A stretch of DNA of 64,000 nt. It comes from Podarcis pityusensis (taxonomy: Eukaryota). Each line of letters opens with the position of its first letter. Positions within the stretch are counted from its first letter, which is position 1. The stretch lies in NCBI GenBank assembly GCA_964106645.2, contig OZ067038.1; one strand, written 5' to 3'. Below the pieces are notes generated by a model that saw only the letters and a list, made by a program, of their open reading frames with translations, was not told where the DNA came from and did no database searches. Of this stretch, positions 35,653 through 50,211 are shown one piece after another. The position numbers were made by a program, and so were the translations under genes.

Positions 35653-37193
35653 GTAAGGAGAGCATGTGGGATTTATCATCATCTTTTTTTGCTTCACACA
35701 CCAGTGTCATATAGTATGTAGAACACTGGATCTGAACCAGAAAGACATTGTTTGAAAACCCCATTCTCCTGTGTGTGTCACCTTCAAGCAGCCAGCAGAT
35801 AAATGGAGATGATGTCTTGCAAAACCAGAATCTCTGAAGTAACTGTCTGCTTGATTCTTTGAAATGATTAGTATAGAGCAGGGGTGGCCAACCTGCCACC
35901 CACAAACCAGCTGAAGCCTACAAAGCTGTCTGAAAGGCCCTGCTAGCTCCTTACAAAGGCACCTCTTCTTTACTTTTCAAACCTCTCCTCTGATTGGCTC
36001 CAATCAGCACAAAAGATGAGAAGACTTCTCAGTGGCTAAATCATGTTGTGATTGGGTGGCTTCTGGGTGCTGGAGAGTGGGACCTGCAGCACAAATAGTA
36101 GTGGGTCCTCAATCCCTCGCAACCCTATGTGCCTCTTGTGTGTCACCATCACTAGCAGATCAGAGCACTCTAGAAACCGGAAGCATTCAGTCCTGTTTCC
36201 TGAGTGTCTTATGCAAACAATGGACATTTTCTTATGAAAGGCCTCAATAGCCTTTAGATACTCTTGATGCAAGAGCCACTGTGTACCTCATGAGTGGAAA
36301 TGACCAAGATGTAATCATATTCAGTTTTTCACAATAACAGCTTCCTAGGAGAAACCATAGTGTTGAGAGAGAGAGAGAGAGTGTGTGTGTGTTTTATTTG
36401 GTCCATAGACAAGCTCTCTTCCTAAACGGATTAGGAATATCTCTTCTTAGCAAATAGCACCTTTAAAAATGTCTTCTCTTCTTTATTGTAGTTAGCTCCT
36501 AAGTGACTTTAGAGCAGGAATGGGGAACTAGATTCAGGCAGCAGGCTGGATCCCTATTTCCCCCATCCTCTGTGGGTCAACGTTGACAGGTGGGCAGGAC
36601 CTTACATGTGCAGCTAAGTACCTTCATCTTCAGATAAAGCTTGAATTTGTCAAATGCAAATTTCAAGACAGGCAAAAAACCAAAATCAATGGAGCTTAGG
36701 AAACATAATAGGTCATATTAAGCTCTGCTGTTCTGCTCGCGCAACAGACTTCTGCTTGAATACTCCTTGTGCATCATTGAATCTACTCCAGAGAATTGTG
36801 GGAACCTCCAGAGCAGATTTTCGGTGCTCCTAGAGGGAAGAGGAAGTCCTGTTGCATAAGCGGAACTCTGCTTGCACAGCATTGGATACAACCCAGTGTA
36901 TCCAGAAACAATAACAGAATCTTATAGCGCCCTAAAGACTAGCAAATGTATTGTGCTGTTACCTTTCGTGACCTAGAGTTCACTTCTTCAGACGCATGGA
37001 GTGTTGTCCTCAGCTGACAGGTATATATACCCATGAGGAGGAAAATGTGAAAAGTTCTGTGAAAGCTCAAATGTATGCAAAAGCAGCACAGATTCTTCAA
37101 AACCACAATAATAGATGATAACAAATTTATCACCAATAAATAACTGATTGCCTTGTTTGCTCAAGGTTGTGATCAGTGGCCTAAGAGTCCTAG

Positions 37194-37364
<171 letters not shown>

Positions 37365-40200
37365 GGTCCTGAGGCTTCTAGGTGGCTTCTCTGCATCGAG
37401 AAAGCAGAGGTGTTTCCTCTCTCCCTCTTGCCCTGGGGAAAGTCTAAAAGTAATAGAGAGAATTTTAAAGGGAAGAGAAGCCTAAAGGTTGGATTCTTCA
37501 CAGAAAACAAGCTTTTAGAAGTACATTGAATTCAAAGTGTTGTTATCAAATATATAGGTAATAAAGAAAGACAGGTTGAAAAACAACAACAACTTTTCCC
37601 CCCTTTTAATTTGAACAGTGTTGGTGTTCAGGAGGTTTGCCACCAAAGTGGCTGCGTCGTTTTGTGTGAGTTGGACTTAGGGTAACTCCAGCATCATAAG
37701 CCTCAAAATACTAACTGCCCCATTACTCTGAAATGACATACTTTTAAGTTTACCTTGTGGGAAGGTGCAGTCAACCTGTCTTGTGTCTGAGGCTGCTTAT
37801 ATGGCACCCCCTAGATTTCAGACCCTGCACATTATTCACACCCGCTGCCATAAGCCCAATGCCTGTCATGCTGTTGAAAAGAAATATTTAGTGTACAGTG
37901 TTCACAAATTATGATTATATATATGTGTGTGTGCGTGCGTGCGTGTTTGTTCATCCTTGGGGGGGATGCAACAAGAACTGTGATTTTCTACATATAATGC
38001 AAACAAAATTACCTGCAGATGCACATCAGAAAGAAAAAGGAGGAAGTGACGCCTGATCCAAAGCTCCTTCAAATATGTGTTTTGATATAGTATATTGGCA
38101 CTTCCTTTTCTTTGAAAAAGATAAACATGACTTCATTTGATTTTTAAATTATTATTAAAAAACCCCACTCTGTTGTTGTTTTGTTAAACTGAGTTTGGAA
38201 TGGGCATCTAAAATCATTTTACTGCATTTGAAAGGCTAGGGTGGGGAGAGAGCGCGCTGTGAAATACTAACACGGGAAAAAACATTTGCAGTTTTTGTTT
38301 CTTCCATATTTTGGAGAACTCTGCAGGCAACCGCACGTCCCTTGCCCCTCATTCATTTGTTTTATCTCACCTGCAGTTTGTGAACAGCCTGAACAGCTTG
38401 AATTTAGAAGTTCTGAGCGGCTGCAGCTGTGTATAGTAACTTGCACTGATGTCTGCCCTACGCTTGGCAAATCCAAGCAGCTGTGTCACCTACCAGTTGC
38501 TGCTCCATGATAAGAAGTTAATACCAGTCCATACAGTTGTACCAGTGTGGCTGGCTCTGGAGGAGGGAGGCCTTCTGGGCAGCCACAAAGATAAAGAAGA
38601 TCCAGTGCTACACCTGCCTTGTCTCTGATACCTGTGCTGTGCACTAGCAATCTTGACGCTGGAGGCAAGTAACACACCCTTTTGCTGTTGCAGCCTCCTA
38701 GCACTTCATGCAGGATCATTGTTTGTGGAAAGCAAACTTCTGGCACAGCAGTTATTGCACTCCACCCATCTTAAACATTTATTTCCCAGTGCAATGGCTC
38801 ATAGGATTAAGGTAGGAAAAGAAAACATATTAATGCATGATTTTTAAAACAAACAAACAAACAAACAAACAAACAAACAAACAAACAAACAAACACAGTG
38901 GATTGAACTTTCTTATTTTTAAACCTTTGCAACATAACCTGCCAGCATGGTACTTTTTCAACTTTTATTTTAGGAAACCCTGTTCCCCAGAAGGCTGTCA
39001 TGAGTTTTTCAGGGGGAAGGCCTATAACAAGAGGGCCAACTTCAGCTTGCCCACAATTACAGTGCGGAGCTGGGTGTTGTCTAGGGTGCACTCTCAGTTC
39101 ACTGTTGAATTGGGTGTGCACCCTAGAACGTGCCCTGGACCCCCCTTTTTTTGCAAGGCCATGGGCTTACAGAGCATATATGCAGGGGTAGCCAAATAAA
39201 AGGTAGAAAAAGTTTCTGCATGGTAGACAGTTGGAAAACCACTCCTGCCATTTATACAGTTGACCTCATATTGCCTCCATTGCTCCTGTTTTGTTTTGTT
39301 ATGTGTATTGCTAAGTTGCTAGGCAGTTTTTATTGTTAACAGTGCTCTACATATTAGTGGCAACAAGTAGGTTTTCTCCCGACACAACTGAATCCTGCAG
39401 TGTTACTTGAATAGCTGACACAGCTACTGAGCTCTTCACATCCTTTTATGGCTGGGTTCATTTACTTCCAAGTTCCACTTTGGATTTTTTTCTATTTTAT
39501 TTCTTATTTGCCTTGAAGGGATTGCTTTAGAACAGGCTACCTCCTCCTGCACTGGAATACATTGGAAATCCTTTGTATTGACTAATCTTATAAAAGATAA
39601 ACTGCTTTTAGCAAAGCATGGTATGCTAAGTTACACCACTTTATATATATATAAAAATAAAAGTAAAAAAAATTAGACCAGCTTAGCTTATATAATCAGA
39701 GGGTGTGTGAGAGAATTCAGGTGCAAAGCTTTCTTTCACCCAGTAAAAAGTGAATGGTCCAATTTTGCATTGTGGATATAAATCATTATCCAGAATTGCT
39801 GCACAGCCAAGAGTGCACACAAAAAAACCCAAGGATATGGGGAATGTGTGTGTGTGTGTGTGTGTGTGTGTGTTGTAGATTAGTCACAACTGCATATGCA
39901 GTTACAACCACTTTATCTGTGTCTCATTATTCTTCATAACAGTGTTTTGAATCTTTTTTTTTAATGGCTCAGTGGGTCTTAACCCTCCACCCCAACACAT
40001 TCTAGATTTTGTGATGGTCCCTTCCTTCAGCCAAAGTTGCATTGTTTAAATTCCTCTGTATTCCAGAGCTGCTATCTGTTAAAACTAGCCCACCACAAGG
40101 TTGTACATTGCTGTGTTGTTGATGGTTGCAGTAGCATATTCCCAATTCTTGCATCCTTTACAGCCTCTCCTAATAAACTCTCTATATTTTTATGCATTTG
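37365..40200 (+). other. BIN1: BIN1 3' UTR (end uncertain)
   Basis: Follows the stop codon. AATAAA candidates at 37560, 39194, 39656 and 40172; the last is followed by a T-rich tract. Confidence 0.45.
38847..38895. repeat. (AAAC)n microsatellite
   Basis: Read directly. Confidence 0.95.
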
Positions 40201-43059
40201 TAAAACAAGTTGTCCTCCTTTGAAGGGCAATATTGGAAGGCATATCTAAAGGAATATCAATTTTAAAAATACGTTTATCCTGTAAGGAAGGTCTCATTGT
40301 AAAATCTATTTTTATGAAGAAACAAGGGGGGAAAACCCCAACCCTGTGGATTTTATTTTAAAAAGATAATTGCCAGATTCATGGTGTAACATTTAGGCTG
40401 TGATCCTGTACTCACTTACCTGGAAGTATGCCTCATTGAATTCAATGGAACCTACTTTTAAGTAAACGTGTAGGATTATACTGCTAAACTGCTTCTGTAG
40501 CTGCTAGTGCATAGGTATTTGTGTAGACTTCTAATCATTGTCTCTTTTTGTTTGGTCTTTGTGTTTTGATTTTTCAGGCAAGTGTTGCAAAAACGTTTCT
40601 GATCAGCTTTTCATTTTGTTGTGGAAAAACAGCCATCAAGTACTGTATTATGTCTTTAATGATGCTTTATTCTGAAGCTGTACAAAATGGTATAGCTCTT
40701 AGCCTTTAAAAGAACGGTTGATAAGCTTGTAGTTTTCAGGTCTTATTAAATTTTCTTCAGTTGCTGCAACAGGGAAAGGGGTCTGTCTCACTGATCAATA
40801 TTTGCTCCTGAAGAAATCTGCTCAATAAAGGGGGAGTTATCCAGCTAAATAAAAAGCCACCCATATGGCCTGGGTCTTCTACAAGATATACTGAACACAC
40901 AATGCTCAGTGATGTTACTAAATGGTTGTGGACAGCCCTGAAAGGAAAGGCAGATAGATTTGCCCAGTGTAAACAGGCAACTAGTGAATGACCCATTTGT
41001 TTTAAAGATTGGGGAAAACTAGACAAATCCTGACTGTTCAAAAAGATCTGCAGATAGGGTATAGCCAAAATTTATATTGGATTGCATCCAATAAAATTGT
41101 CCATTGGTGCAAGTGTTGCTGCTTGAGCAGTGGAACATCTCCTCCCTCTCTTTCAGCACAACTTCAGATCTGCTCCAGAGGGTTGAGGGGAAACCCCAGA
41201 ACAGGTTTGTTGGGTTTTTTTTGGCAGAGGGGGAAGGAAGTCCCATTGCTCTTCTGACACTCTTTATACTAACTGGGCAACTTCATTGGAGATAACCCAT
41301 AGGTGTCATATCAGTAAAATTGTTACAGCCTGCCCAAACCATCCAAAATACATAATTTCTTGAGGATGCTGCAAATTCTGTCTGAGAGATTCCCAGTGCC
41401 CTCCCTCCAGAACTATGGGTCCTACAATTCCCTAGAGAGAAGGAATTCCTATTAAACTGGTCTAAGGGACTCTGTAGTGTAAATATGCCCTAGGAAGAGG
41501 ACAGTTCATGGGCTACTTCCAAACGTGATGCAACTCCAGAAAAGAAATTTTTTTATGTGCCTTATCATAATCCCTAGAAGAGGGGGTAGCCACTCTGGTG
41601 CCCTCCAGATGTTGCAGCCAGAGAAGGTGCCAAGTGGAGTCCAAAAGCATATTGAGGGCACCACATTGGGGGGGGGGAATACCATGCATTTGTTTTAAGA
41701 AGAATTCTTAAAGGTATCAGCAGCCTTGCACCAAAGCAGGTGGGGGGAGGAAGATGAAGTCTTGTTGTGCAGGTGCAAGTCATTGCAAGAACGGTACCAA
41801 TCCATTGGCTACAACCCAATGCTTTGAATCAATTACAAACATTCCCCGCCCCTGCTATCAACATTTTCTTCCAACCTTGGTTAAAAGTTGGATGTGCAGC
41901 TTGGTCTTACTTATAAGGTTGCTTTACACACGATAGGTTTCCTAGATCTGATATCCCTTTGATGGATGAAATTACATGGAGGAAACATGCATCTTTTTGA
42001 CTATTTGTGTAAATTCTGGGAGGCCACAATTTGTATCCGATTAGCATGAAGTAATAGACACATCTGCTTCAAAAATGATGGTGTGAACGGGTAATTTCTA
42101 ACACAGAAATGATGCTTGGTTTGTTATGTTTGGTCATGTTTCTGTTCAACTTGGAAGTGTCATCAGAAGGCATTGCCATTTATTAAAAAAACAAAACCTG
42201 TTTTTTTTAATTAAAAAAAGTTTAGTTTTATGTTGGTCTGAGATGCTTAGAGGTAGGCATACACTCAGTAAATGATGCTTCTTCCTAAGCACGGTGTCTT
42301 AGAAACAAAATGCAGTGTGGAAATTTTAGCTGGGCTTAGGCAAAGAAGCAGAAATTGTGTTTTCATGATTTTAAGCATCCCAGCATGAAATATATCCTTG
42401 CTTGCCCCACCTAACAAAAGGTGATGCACACAGCACTGATGGGCAATATTGAACTGTTTCCTGTTCCATAGCAGGATTATTTATTTACTGTAAATCAGTA
42501 AGGGGTGTGCATGAGGAGAAGAGTTTAGCAGTTACTACCTATGGTAGAGGATGGTGAGAAGCTCCCTTATGGACCCCACTATTCATTCACATCCCAGAAG
42601 TGATTATTGGCAGGATTTAGCTTTTAGAATGCTTGGACTGCTATGTTCACAACATGCCCTATTCAGATGTGCTGAAATGAGAAAAGAAAAACGAGAGAGG
42701 TAATATACTTTCAGTTTGCTAGTCTCTGGACTCATTCTTAATTTGCAAGCAACTCACTGTGGCTCCTTTGTACTGAATGTTTGTGACCTGTTAAGTCTCT
42801 CTTGTAGTACTGATGAGCTTTCATGTCCCACTGAAGAAATAATGGTACAAAGGAAATTTGATATCACATAGTGATGGATATCAAGCCTAGTGTTATAATG
42901 GAGGGTGTATGTATGAGGGATGCAGTGGTTAATTGAACAGCTAGAGTAATCAATTAAAATACTTTTAATTGACTAAAAATTGTGCCCTCAATCAATCATG
43001 CAACAGATTATATTATATATTGCAGATGGCAAGCACCATCTCAAAAGAAGCATTCTGTT

Positions 43060-43600
43060 TCTTTTTATTATTATTTAAATAGGGTTTTTTTAACCTTGGC
43101 TTTTAGGGTGTCTACTCTCCTAAGGTGGATTACACACAATATTAAGACACTACAACATTAATATTTCAAAGATAGCCATAAGTGACAGAACAAAAATAGC
43201 AGCAAGAGATGAAACGAACAGTTCTTACGTAAAGGAACCATAGAAACAGCCAAATGTAGACCTGCTTTCATAAAGGCCAAGAGAGATGAGGCCATATGTA
43301 TTTCCATGAGGAGGCTATTCCAAGGATACAGGACCACAACAGAAAAGGGTTTATCCTGTCCTGGGTACCCAGAAACCTAAGAACTTTTGCCATGTATTGG
43401 AGAACAGGACTTCACAGGCTGATCTTATAGCTCAGGCAAGGACACATGGATGCAGGTAGTCCTTGAGATAGCCTGGTCCCAAACCGTTTAGGCATTTAAA
43501 AGGTTAATAGCATAGCAGAACCTTAAATTCACCCCAGAAGTGAACAGCTAACCTATAGGCCAAACTCTGGTACTTGGACCTTTAGGTAGAGTGCAATGCC
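43060..43600 (-). mobile_element. Old L2-like LINE 3' fragment
   Basis: T-rich tail followed by decayed squamate LINE 3' sequence similar to 52165-52580. Limits are approximate. Confidence 0.45.
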
Positions 43601-46244
43601 ATCCACTACCAGCTGTGTACCACCATCCAGATTTGCAGATTTCACAGTCCACAGCATGTTCATTTTGTCTCGATTAAGTTCCAAAAGAGGTGTTCTCCGT
43701 CCTCTCCTACACAGGAAGGGTGTTTCCTCTGAGATGATGCCTGCAATGACACTCATTCCTGCATCATCTCTTCTTGATGCAGGAATGCCAATTCCACCCG
43801 TTGAATGAAATGTACACTGATTCAAAATTTCTTTAACTGAGTTGCTGCCGTATCTTGTGTGGGTTTTTGGTATGTCTTGATGGATGAGAAAGTGAAGTTA
43901 GGAAAATAAGTGATATAGTTGTATATTTCTTTTGACCATTATTGTGATAATTGCCTGAAGGGGTAAAAAGGGTGCTTCCAGGGGAAAGGAGAATTGACAG
44001 CATCCCTTGCTCAAATGTGTTCATTGCAATCTTCACACTTGCAATTAAATTAATGTGCATTTTGGGCATGGTGGCATCATTTTGGTAAGCGTATTTAAAG
44101 CTTGGTGCACTCTGATACACACCTGCTCTGAAGTAAGCTACATTAATTTCAGTTAGACTTATTCTCCAGGAAAATATGTATAGGATTGCAGCATCAAGCA
44201 CCTTCTACAAAGCACTATCTATGCTTGGGCCTTGTTGCATCCTGCAGAAGCCGAAAGTTCTTCAGGTTCTCAACAGTCACCTGACACCTCCCTGAAACAA
44301 GTCCCTCTTGGCACGGCATGATTCCATATCATTCAGACTTCAGACTCTCACAATAAGGGCCAGGTTGTAGATATACCATAGGAAAATTTGGTAAAAGGTG
44401 AGTCATTTAGCCAGTGGTATAACTCTAAAGATTCTGAAAGAGCATTACAAGCACTATGTATTCAGAAAAAATCATGGTGGCTTGTGACAACCGCCTATTT
44501 AAAGATAAATAGCTTCCCATAATGACTCCAGGAAAATGTAATCTCTGCTGAGCATATGAACCAACTTTAGTCTTGGAACAAATTGGAAAATTACTCTTGT
44601 TGGGCTCCTTGGTCAAATATCACTGCAAACTCCCTAGTGACTTCAATATAGGATTTTTTTGAGAACCACCCTTCACTGATCAATAGTTTGTGAGCATATT
44701 GTGCTACTGGCAAAAGGTAACTAAAAATGACTGCTGTAGGATTAGGGATTCCAGCCTTTATACGAGCCCAAGAGTTCAGTTGTGGTTTAAGAGCGCTGTT
44801 CATAGGTCAAGAAGAGTTGAGCACCGAACGTAGCCAATTTCCATGTTTAAATAAGCCCCCCCCCATCTGCTGCAGGTGAGCAGTTTAGGGAATAATGACT
44901 CATCACTCCATTCCGCACTTGCCCTCTAGCTCTGCTGGGCAGAGTATAGCCTCAGTGTTTTAGGATTGCAAGAGCTCTTTAATGTTGAGCATCAGAGAGT
45001 GGATTCTCACAGTTCCCCTCAGTGCTCTAGAAAACACCAGCTTTTCAATAATGTTTTGAAGCTACCAGGTTGGAAAAAGGAGGATTTTCCCTCTGGAAAG
45101 CTACATCCTAGGGTTGGGACATGAGTTATTTGCTTCTGCTCACTTGGAAGAAAAACATAATACTTGTAATAGGTCTCGGTTGGAAGCCATGGCTGCATCT
45201 TTGCTAACTGGAGTCTGGTTTTTCCAATATCGATATAGGGAGGCTGTGAAGAAGAGCATTCCAACTGGTACATGGCTTCTTCATGGCCTTTGTAGCATAT
45301 GAATGGCCAGGCCATTCTGAACCATATACACATGGTTAAAATAAGATATAAAGTAAAACTCCCATTGTCAGGGTTTGGAATGTGTGGAGGTACCAACAAT
45401 CAGAGTGGCTTCCTAGGGAGAGAATGATATATTAAATGTGGCATTTAGAGAGTGGATTTTGGGTGGAAGTGAATGGGGTGATGCTATATTAGCTAGAGCT
45501 GGTCAAACCAGAGACAAGGTGCTAAGGTTTAGGTAATCTTTCTTGGCCTGAATGTCTCCCTGCTTAATGAGTTTCCCTGAGCAGTAAATCAAACTCTTCC
45601 TTCTTCCCTTTGCTATGGTATAAGGTATACAAACTCTGTCCTGAAAAAGTTGATAGCCTTTTAACATGTCATACTTTGATCCTCCATGTCACCCCTATTT
45701 ATTTTTGCTGTGGGGACACCCAGTAAAGCTGGGGATTCTGTATTGTTAGAAAATACAAATGCATGGGAAATTGCAATTATATTTTGACCTCTTCTGCCTA
45801 TGTAATTCTGTTGCCTGCAGCCAGACAGAATATTCATATTTGAGGCTTTCTGGATCGTATCCCTGCTTTCCAACACCCCTCTAACTCAATGAGTTTGACT
45901 CTCTGTACTTGCTTTCTTAAAAAAAATCTGTTATTTCAGCCACTTTGATCCTGTAACTCACAGAACACCTGATATTTTGGGTGGCATTTCCTTTTGTTCT
46001 GCAAAAAGAAAAGAAAAAAAAGGATTCTGGTGTACTGAGAACTGTGACTCCTACTTTTAGTGACATGTACTTAATGGAATTATGGATTTATTTATCCCGT
46101 ATGTTCAGAAATATAATTTTGTGTCATCCTGCTTCCTTGTGTACTGTTGTTTTTGCATTGTCTCTTACACACATATCTTTATACCTGAGCACAAAGTACT
46201 GTTGTTGTCAACCTTTGCAAGATCACAGATGTATGGATTTTATA

Positions 46245-46452
46245 GAATCAAAGTATCATAGAATTGTAGACTTGGAAGGGACCCTGATGATCATCTGGCC
46301 CAACTCCTTGCAATGCAGGAATCTCAGCCAAAGCATCCATGACAAATGGCCTTTCAAACTCTGCTTAAAAGCCTCCGGCGGGGGGGGGGGGAGCCCACAT
46401 CCTCTCGAGGGAGTTTGTTCCACCGTCGAACAGCTCTTACTGTCAGAAAGTT
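46245..46452 (-). mobile_element. CR1 LINE 3' end
   Basis: tagaatc..atcatagaattgtagacttggaagggacc is the reverse complement of a CR1 (attctrtg)n tail and 3' UTR. Confidence 0.7.
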
Positions 46453-48755
46453 GGCCACACTAGCTATTAACTTCTGGGGTGGACTACTGCCTTAAGTGGG
46501 GTTGCCCTTTAGGATAGTTTGGAAATGGTAACTATTTCTTTAATATATGTATGCCCTGCTTTTTTCTCAAGTTTTCTCCCAAATCAAATGCACCAAGTTT
46601 TCAAAGGCCTGTCTGAATAAGAAGGTTGAAAGATCTGCCCTGGTTTCCAATTCACTACCAAGCTCAGTTTAAGGCATGAACACCCACATATAAAACATGC
46701 AAATGACTTAGGCCTCAAATATCTGAAAGCAAGCTTCTACATCAACATGCTACATCAACATGCCTGAGTATTAAGGTCAGCAGGGGAGGTTCTGTTGGTC
46801 ATACCACCACCCCCTTTGATTCAAGGGGTGGCAGTGTGTGAAAAGACTTGTGTGGTGGCCACAAGATTGTAGAACGATTGCCCCTCTGGTATGTCTTGTG
46901 CCATCATGATATGCTCTTTGACAATTGGTCAAGACAACTCTTTACTAAGGCCTTTGGTCGAGAGGACGTCTTCTCCCCTCTTGTATTGCTATTCTGTGCT
47001 ACTGTTATTTAGTCACTGGTGGTTTTATGGTTTTATTTTAATGTAAATTGTATTAGGTTGGGGTATAATAAGAAATAACAGTGGATTGGATTGGGGAGAA
47101 CATAGTCATGGAAGCTGAGTGAGGTATGCAGTTCTGGATTCACACAGAAAGCGCTTGATGAAGTGGGCCAGTCTCCTCCTTCCCTTTAGTACGAGAAGAT
47201 TATTCCAGTTCACAAAGCTAAGAAACAATGACATTTACTTTTATTTGAGACTGAAATTATCTGCTGATTTTGTTTTGACATTTTGACATTCACAAATGCA
47301 CATACACTTTCTGCTTGCTTGCTTCCGAAATCCTGATGCCTTACACTTGGAATATATATTTTTTAAGCTTCCCATTATTTCAATGCACACTTGTTAGACT
47401 GGTTCTGCAACCTGCTAACATGACTTCATGGTGGCTCGATTTGGAATGTTTTCTCAAGGCATGCTGCCAAGCACCACATCACCCATAACCTTTCAGAAAA
47501 GCTATGACTAAAAGCCAGAAATTGGTGTGTTTATGCAACACAGACCTGTTACAAATTATAGCCTTGAATAAAGCAAGCACAAAACTAAAGCAAAACGTTA
47601 GTAGGAGTCATGCCAAGATGTGGATTGAGTGCATCAGCGCTGGAGCTAACCAGTGTGGCAAAGCAATTGATCTGGAGGCTGACATTTGACCTTAAGTGCC
47701 ACATTCAATTCATATTTCAGTGTACACCAGGCGTTGTGTGAATTGGCCTTGATTTTGGATTAACCAGCTTCCGGCAAATCTATAATAAGAATTACATCAG
47801 TGATCTATTCGCCACCTCCTACAATGGACTCTCATTGAGAGATTTGTGGTCTAGGATGATGAATTTTGGGATTTTCCAATGAGAAGCTCCACATGCTGCT
47901 CTTCATTAAACTCTAAACAATTCTATCTTTCGTCACCAGCTTAGGGTGTAACTAACTTCCATCTCTCTGCAACTTGGGGTGTGCTATAACTAAGTTTAAC
48001 TTATGTTTAAATGCAATAAAAGTCACAAAGTAATATTGAATGTTTGCTCAATCAATCAACCTCTGCACCCTCCTTATGATGCTGATACCTCCTCCGCACT
48101 GAGTGTCCTTGGCAGCAGCCAAAGCAAGACACTCAAGAGGACCATAAATTAATGATGCTGCAGATATGGGGCTGGCAGCTTTTGACTTGTGCCTGAAGCC
48201 AAATAGATCACAGCATCTACTGAGCCACCATGTCCCTTTCCTCTTCATTAGCAGCCCAAATGAACTCCCAAGTGTGATTGGCAATCAGTCTGTCCTGTGT
48301 TCTCTTCAATTTGCAAGGCTATAAATAAATCAGACTGGGGCAGCTGCTTAGTAAGAACCTGTGATTCATTAACTTGCTGCTGGCACTTAAAGATCAGGCT
48401 CTTTGCCTTGGACTGCTTCTGCTAATAAAGGACTACCCATCTCTGTTGCAAGGCTATGAAGCTAGCTGGTTTGTGATTAGCCAGAATACACCAAGCCAGT
48501 AAGGTGGTTGGACTGCTCACTAAAGCACAGCTAATATTCATGTCTTCCCTCCATGAACTTTCTCCATGAGGTAACCTTATGATAAATCCATTTATCCCTG
48601 TCATGGATGGTCTTGAAGCCAACTCAGACAGAAGAGTAACATAACTGCAATTTTTCATTTTTTGGTGAATCTGCGAGCAACCAAGGAAGAGATTCACAAT
48701 GGCATCACTAGGTTGATACAAGAGTATCCAAAGGATGTTGACCTTAATCTAGTCC

Positions 48756-49015
48756 TTGTTGTTGTTGTTTAGTTGTGTCCGACTCTTCGTGACCCCATGG
48801 ACCAGAGCACACTTCTGTCTTCTACTGCCTCCCGCAGTTTGGTCAAACTCATGCTGGTAGCTACGAGAACACTATCCAACCATCTCGTCCTCTGTCGTCC
48901 CCTTCTCCTTGTGCCCTCCATCTTTCCCAGGGTCTTTTCCAGGGAGTCTTCTCTTCTCATGAGGTGGCCAAAGTATTGGAGCCTCAGCTTCACGATCTGT
49001 CCTTCCAGTGAGCAC
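48756..49015 (-). mobile_element. BovB-like RTE LINE, 5'-truncated 3' end
   Basis: ORF 48769-49044 reads SLEGQIVKLRLQYFGHLMRREDSLEKTLGKMEGTRRRGRQRTRWLD. (CAA)n tail and TSD tctagtcc at 48748-55 and 49016-23. Confidence 0.92.
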
Positions 49016-49022
49016 TCTAGTC

Positions 49023-49805
49023 CAGTGCTTCCCAAAGCAGGCAATATTGCCCCCGGGGGTTGCTGGAATGATACAGGGGGGGTGATGGTAGCCTTGGGTG
49101 AAATTGGGGGATATTGAATAAAAATAAGGGGGTGTTGGAAGCATAAAGAAAGAAGAGAAGAAATTTTTTTGAAAAACCACTCCTACATGTTTCACCTGTT
49201 GTGTAATGACGCTTACTGCTAGGTCTGGCATTGTTGTGGGACGGTGACAACGCTTTCCCTGGTTCAGCTTCACCCAGGCCAAAGAAATGGATTGCAACTT
49301 GCCTGCCTGTTTGGTCAATTCCTTCATTATATTTAATGGAATGTGGGTTCAGTGTGGTCACAAATCTGTTAACTATTAAAAAGAAACTGACTGCAAATAG
49401 CTAATCACAGTGATTTAAGAATGCTGCTGACAAAAATAAAGCCGAACATTAATAAATTGATAGCAGTGCACCAGGTTCATCCTTCTCATTAGGGCTATTT
49501 TTAATGCTATTCACAATTTTTATTTTAATATTATCCTCCATTTTCTTAATTTTCTGTGTTTAATGTGAATGTTACTATGGTTGATTTTAATAAATATTTT
49601 ATAATTTTAAGCTTCAATGAGTCTTATTTACAACAAGTTTCTTTACGATGTTGTAGGATGTAGGTAGAAATACAGATAAATAGAAGAACACAAATTTGTC
49701 TGCATATTTCTATTCGGTTAAAGAAGGTAGATTTCCAGGGGGGCACAGAGTAATATTTTTTTCCTGAAAAGGGGGCGGTAGGCCAAATAAGTTTGGGAAC
49801 TTCTG
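49023..49805. mobile_element. hAT-Charlie-like non-autonomous element
   Basis: TIRs cagtgcttcccaaa / tttgggaacttctg with an 8-bp TSD Ntctagtc, resembling the Charlie NTCTAGAN target. Confidence 0.8.
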
Positions 49806-50211
49806 GTCTAGTCAATGAACTATTTCATCTGTATGTCAAACAAGCTTACCAGAAAATTTCAGCTGCCAAGATATGTATCAAGTAGTATTCCAGGACAAAA
49901 TTCAGACAGCTTTTCCAAATGTGGAAACAATTTTCAGATTGTTACTGTTTTTAATGGTTGCAAACTGTGTTGGCAAAATATCATTTTCTAGACTGAAAAG
50001 GATAAAGAATGATTTACAGTCAATAATCATTCTCTGCATAGAAAATGATAGACTATGACTTACTGATTATAATGATATAATTGATAAGTTTGCATCCAAA
50101 AGAGCTCAAAAGAAACCGTTCTAACTTTGTATATAGTGTAATGGCATAACATAGTTATGATTCCCCTATGAATGTTGTATATGAATGTTTTCATTTATAA
50201 ATAATCTTTTT

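Larger units (their letters stand above)
48700..50123 (+). mobile_element. Fossil hAT transposase C-terminal region, interrupted by two younger insertions
   Basis: YPKDVDLNLV (48725-48754) joins NELFHL (49814 onward). It continues FPNVETIFRLLLFLMVANCVGKISFSRLKRIKN...IENDRL and DYNDIIDKFASKRAQKKPF*, a hAT dimerisation-domain signature. Confidence 0.8.

Noticed and set aside
49873-50058. Domesticated ZMYM/ZBED-like gene exon
   Set aside because: It is frameshifted, has a deletion within the domain and is interrupted by younger TEs, so it is a fossil transposase.
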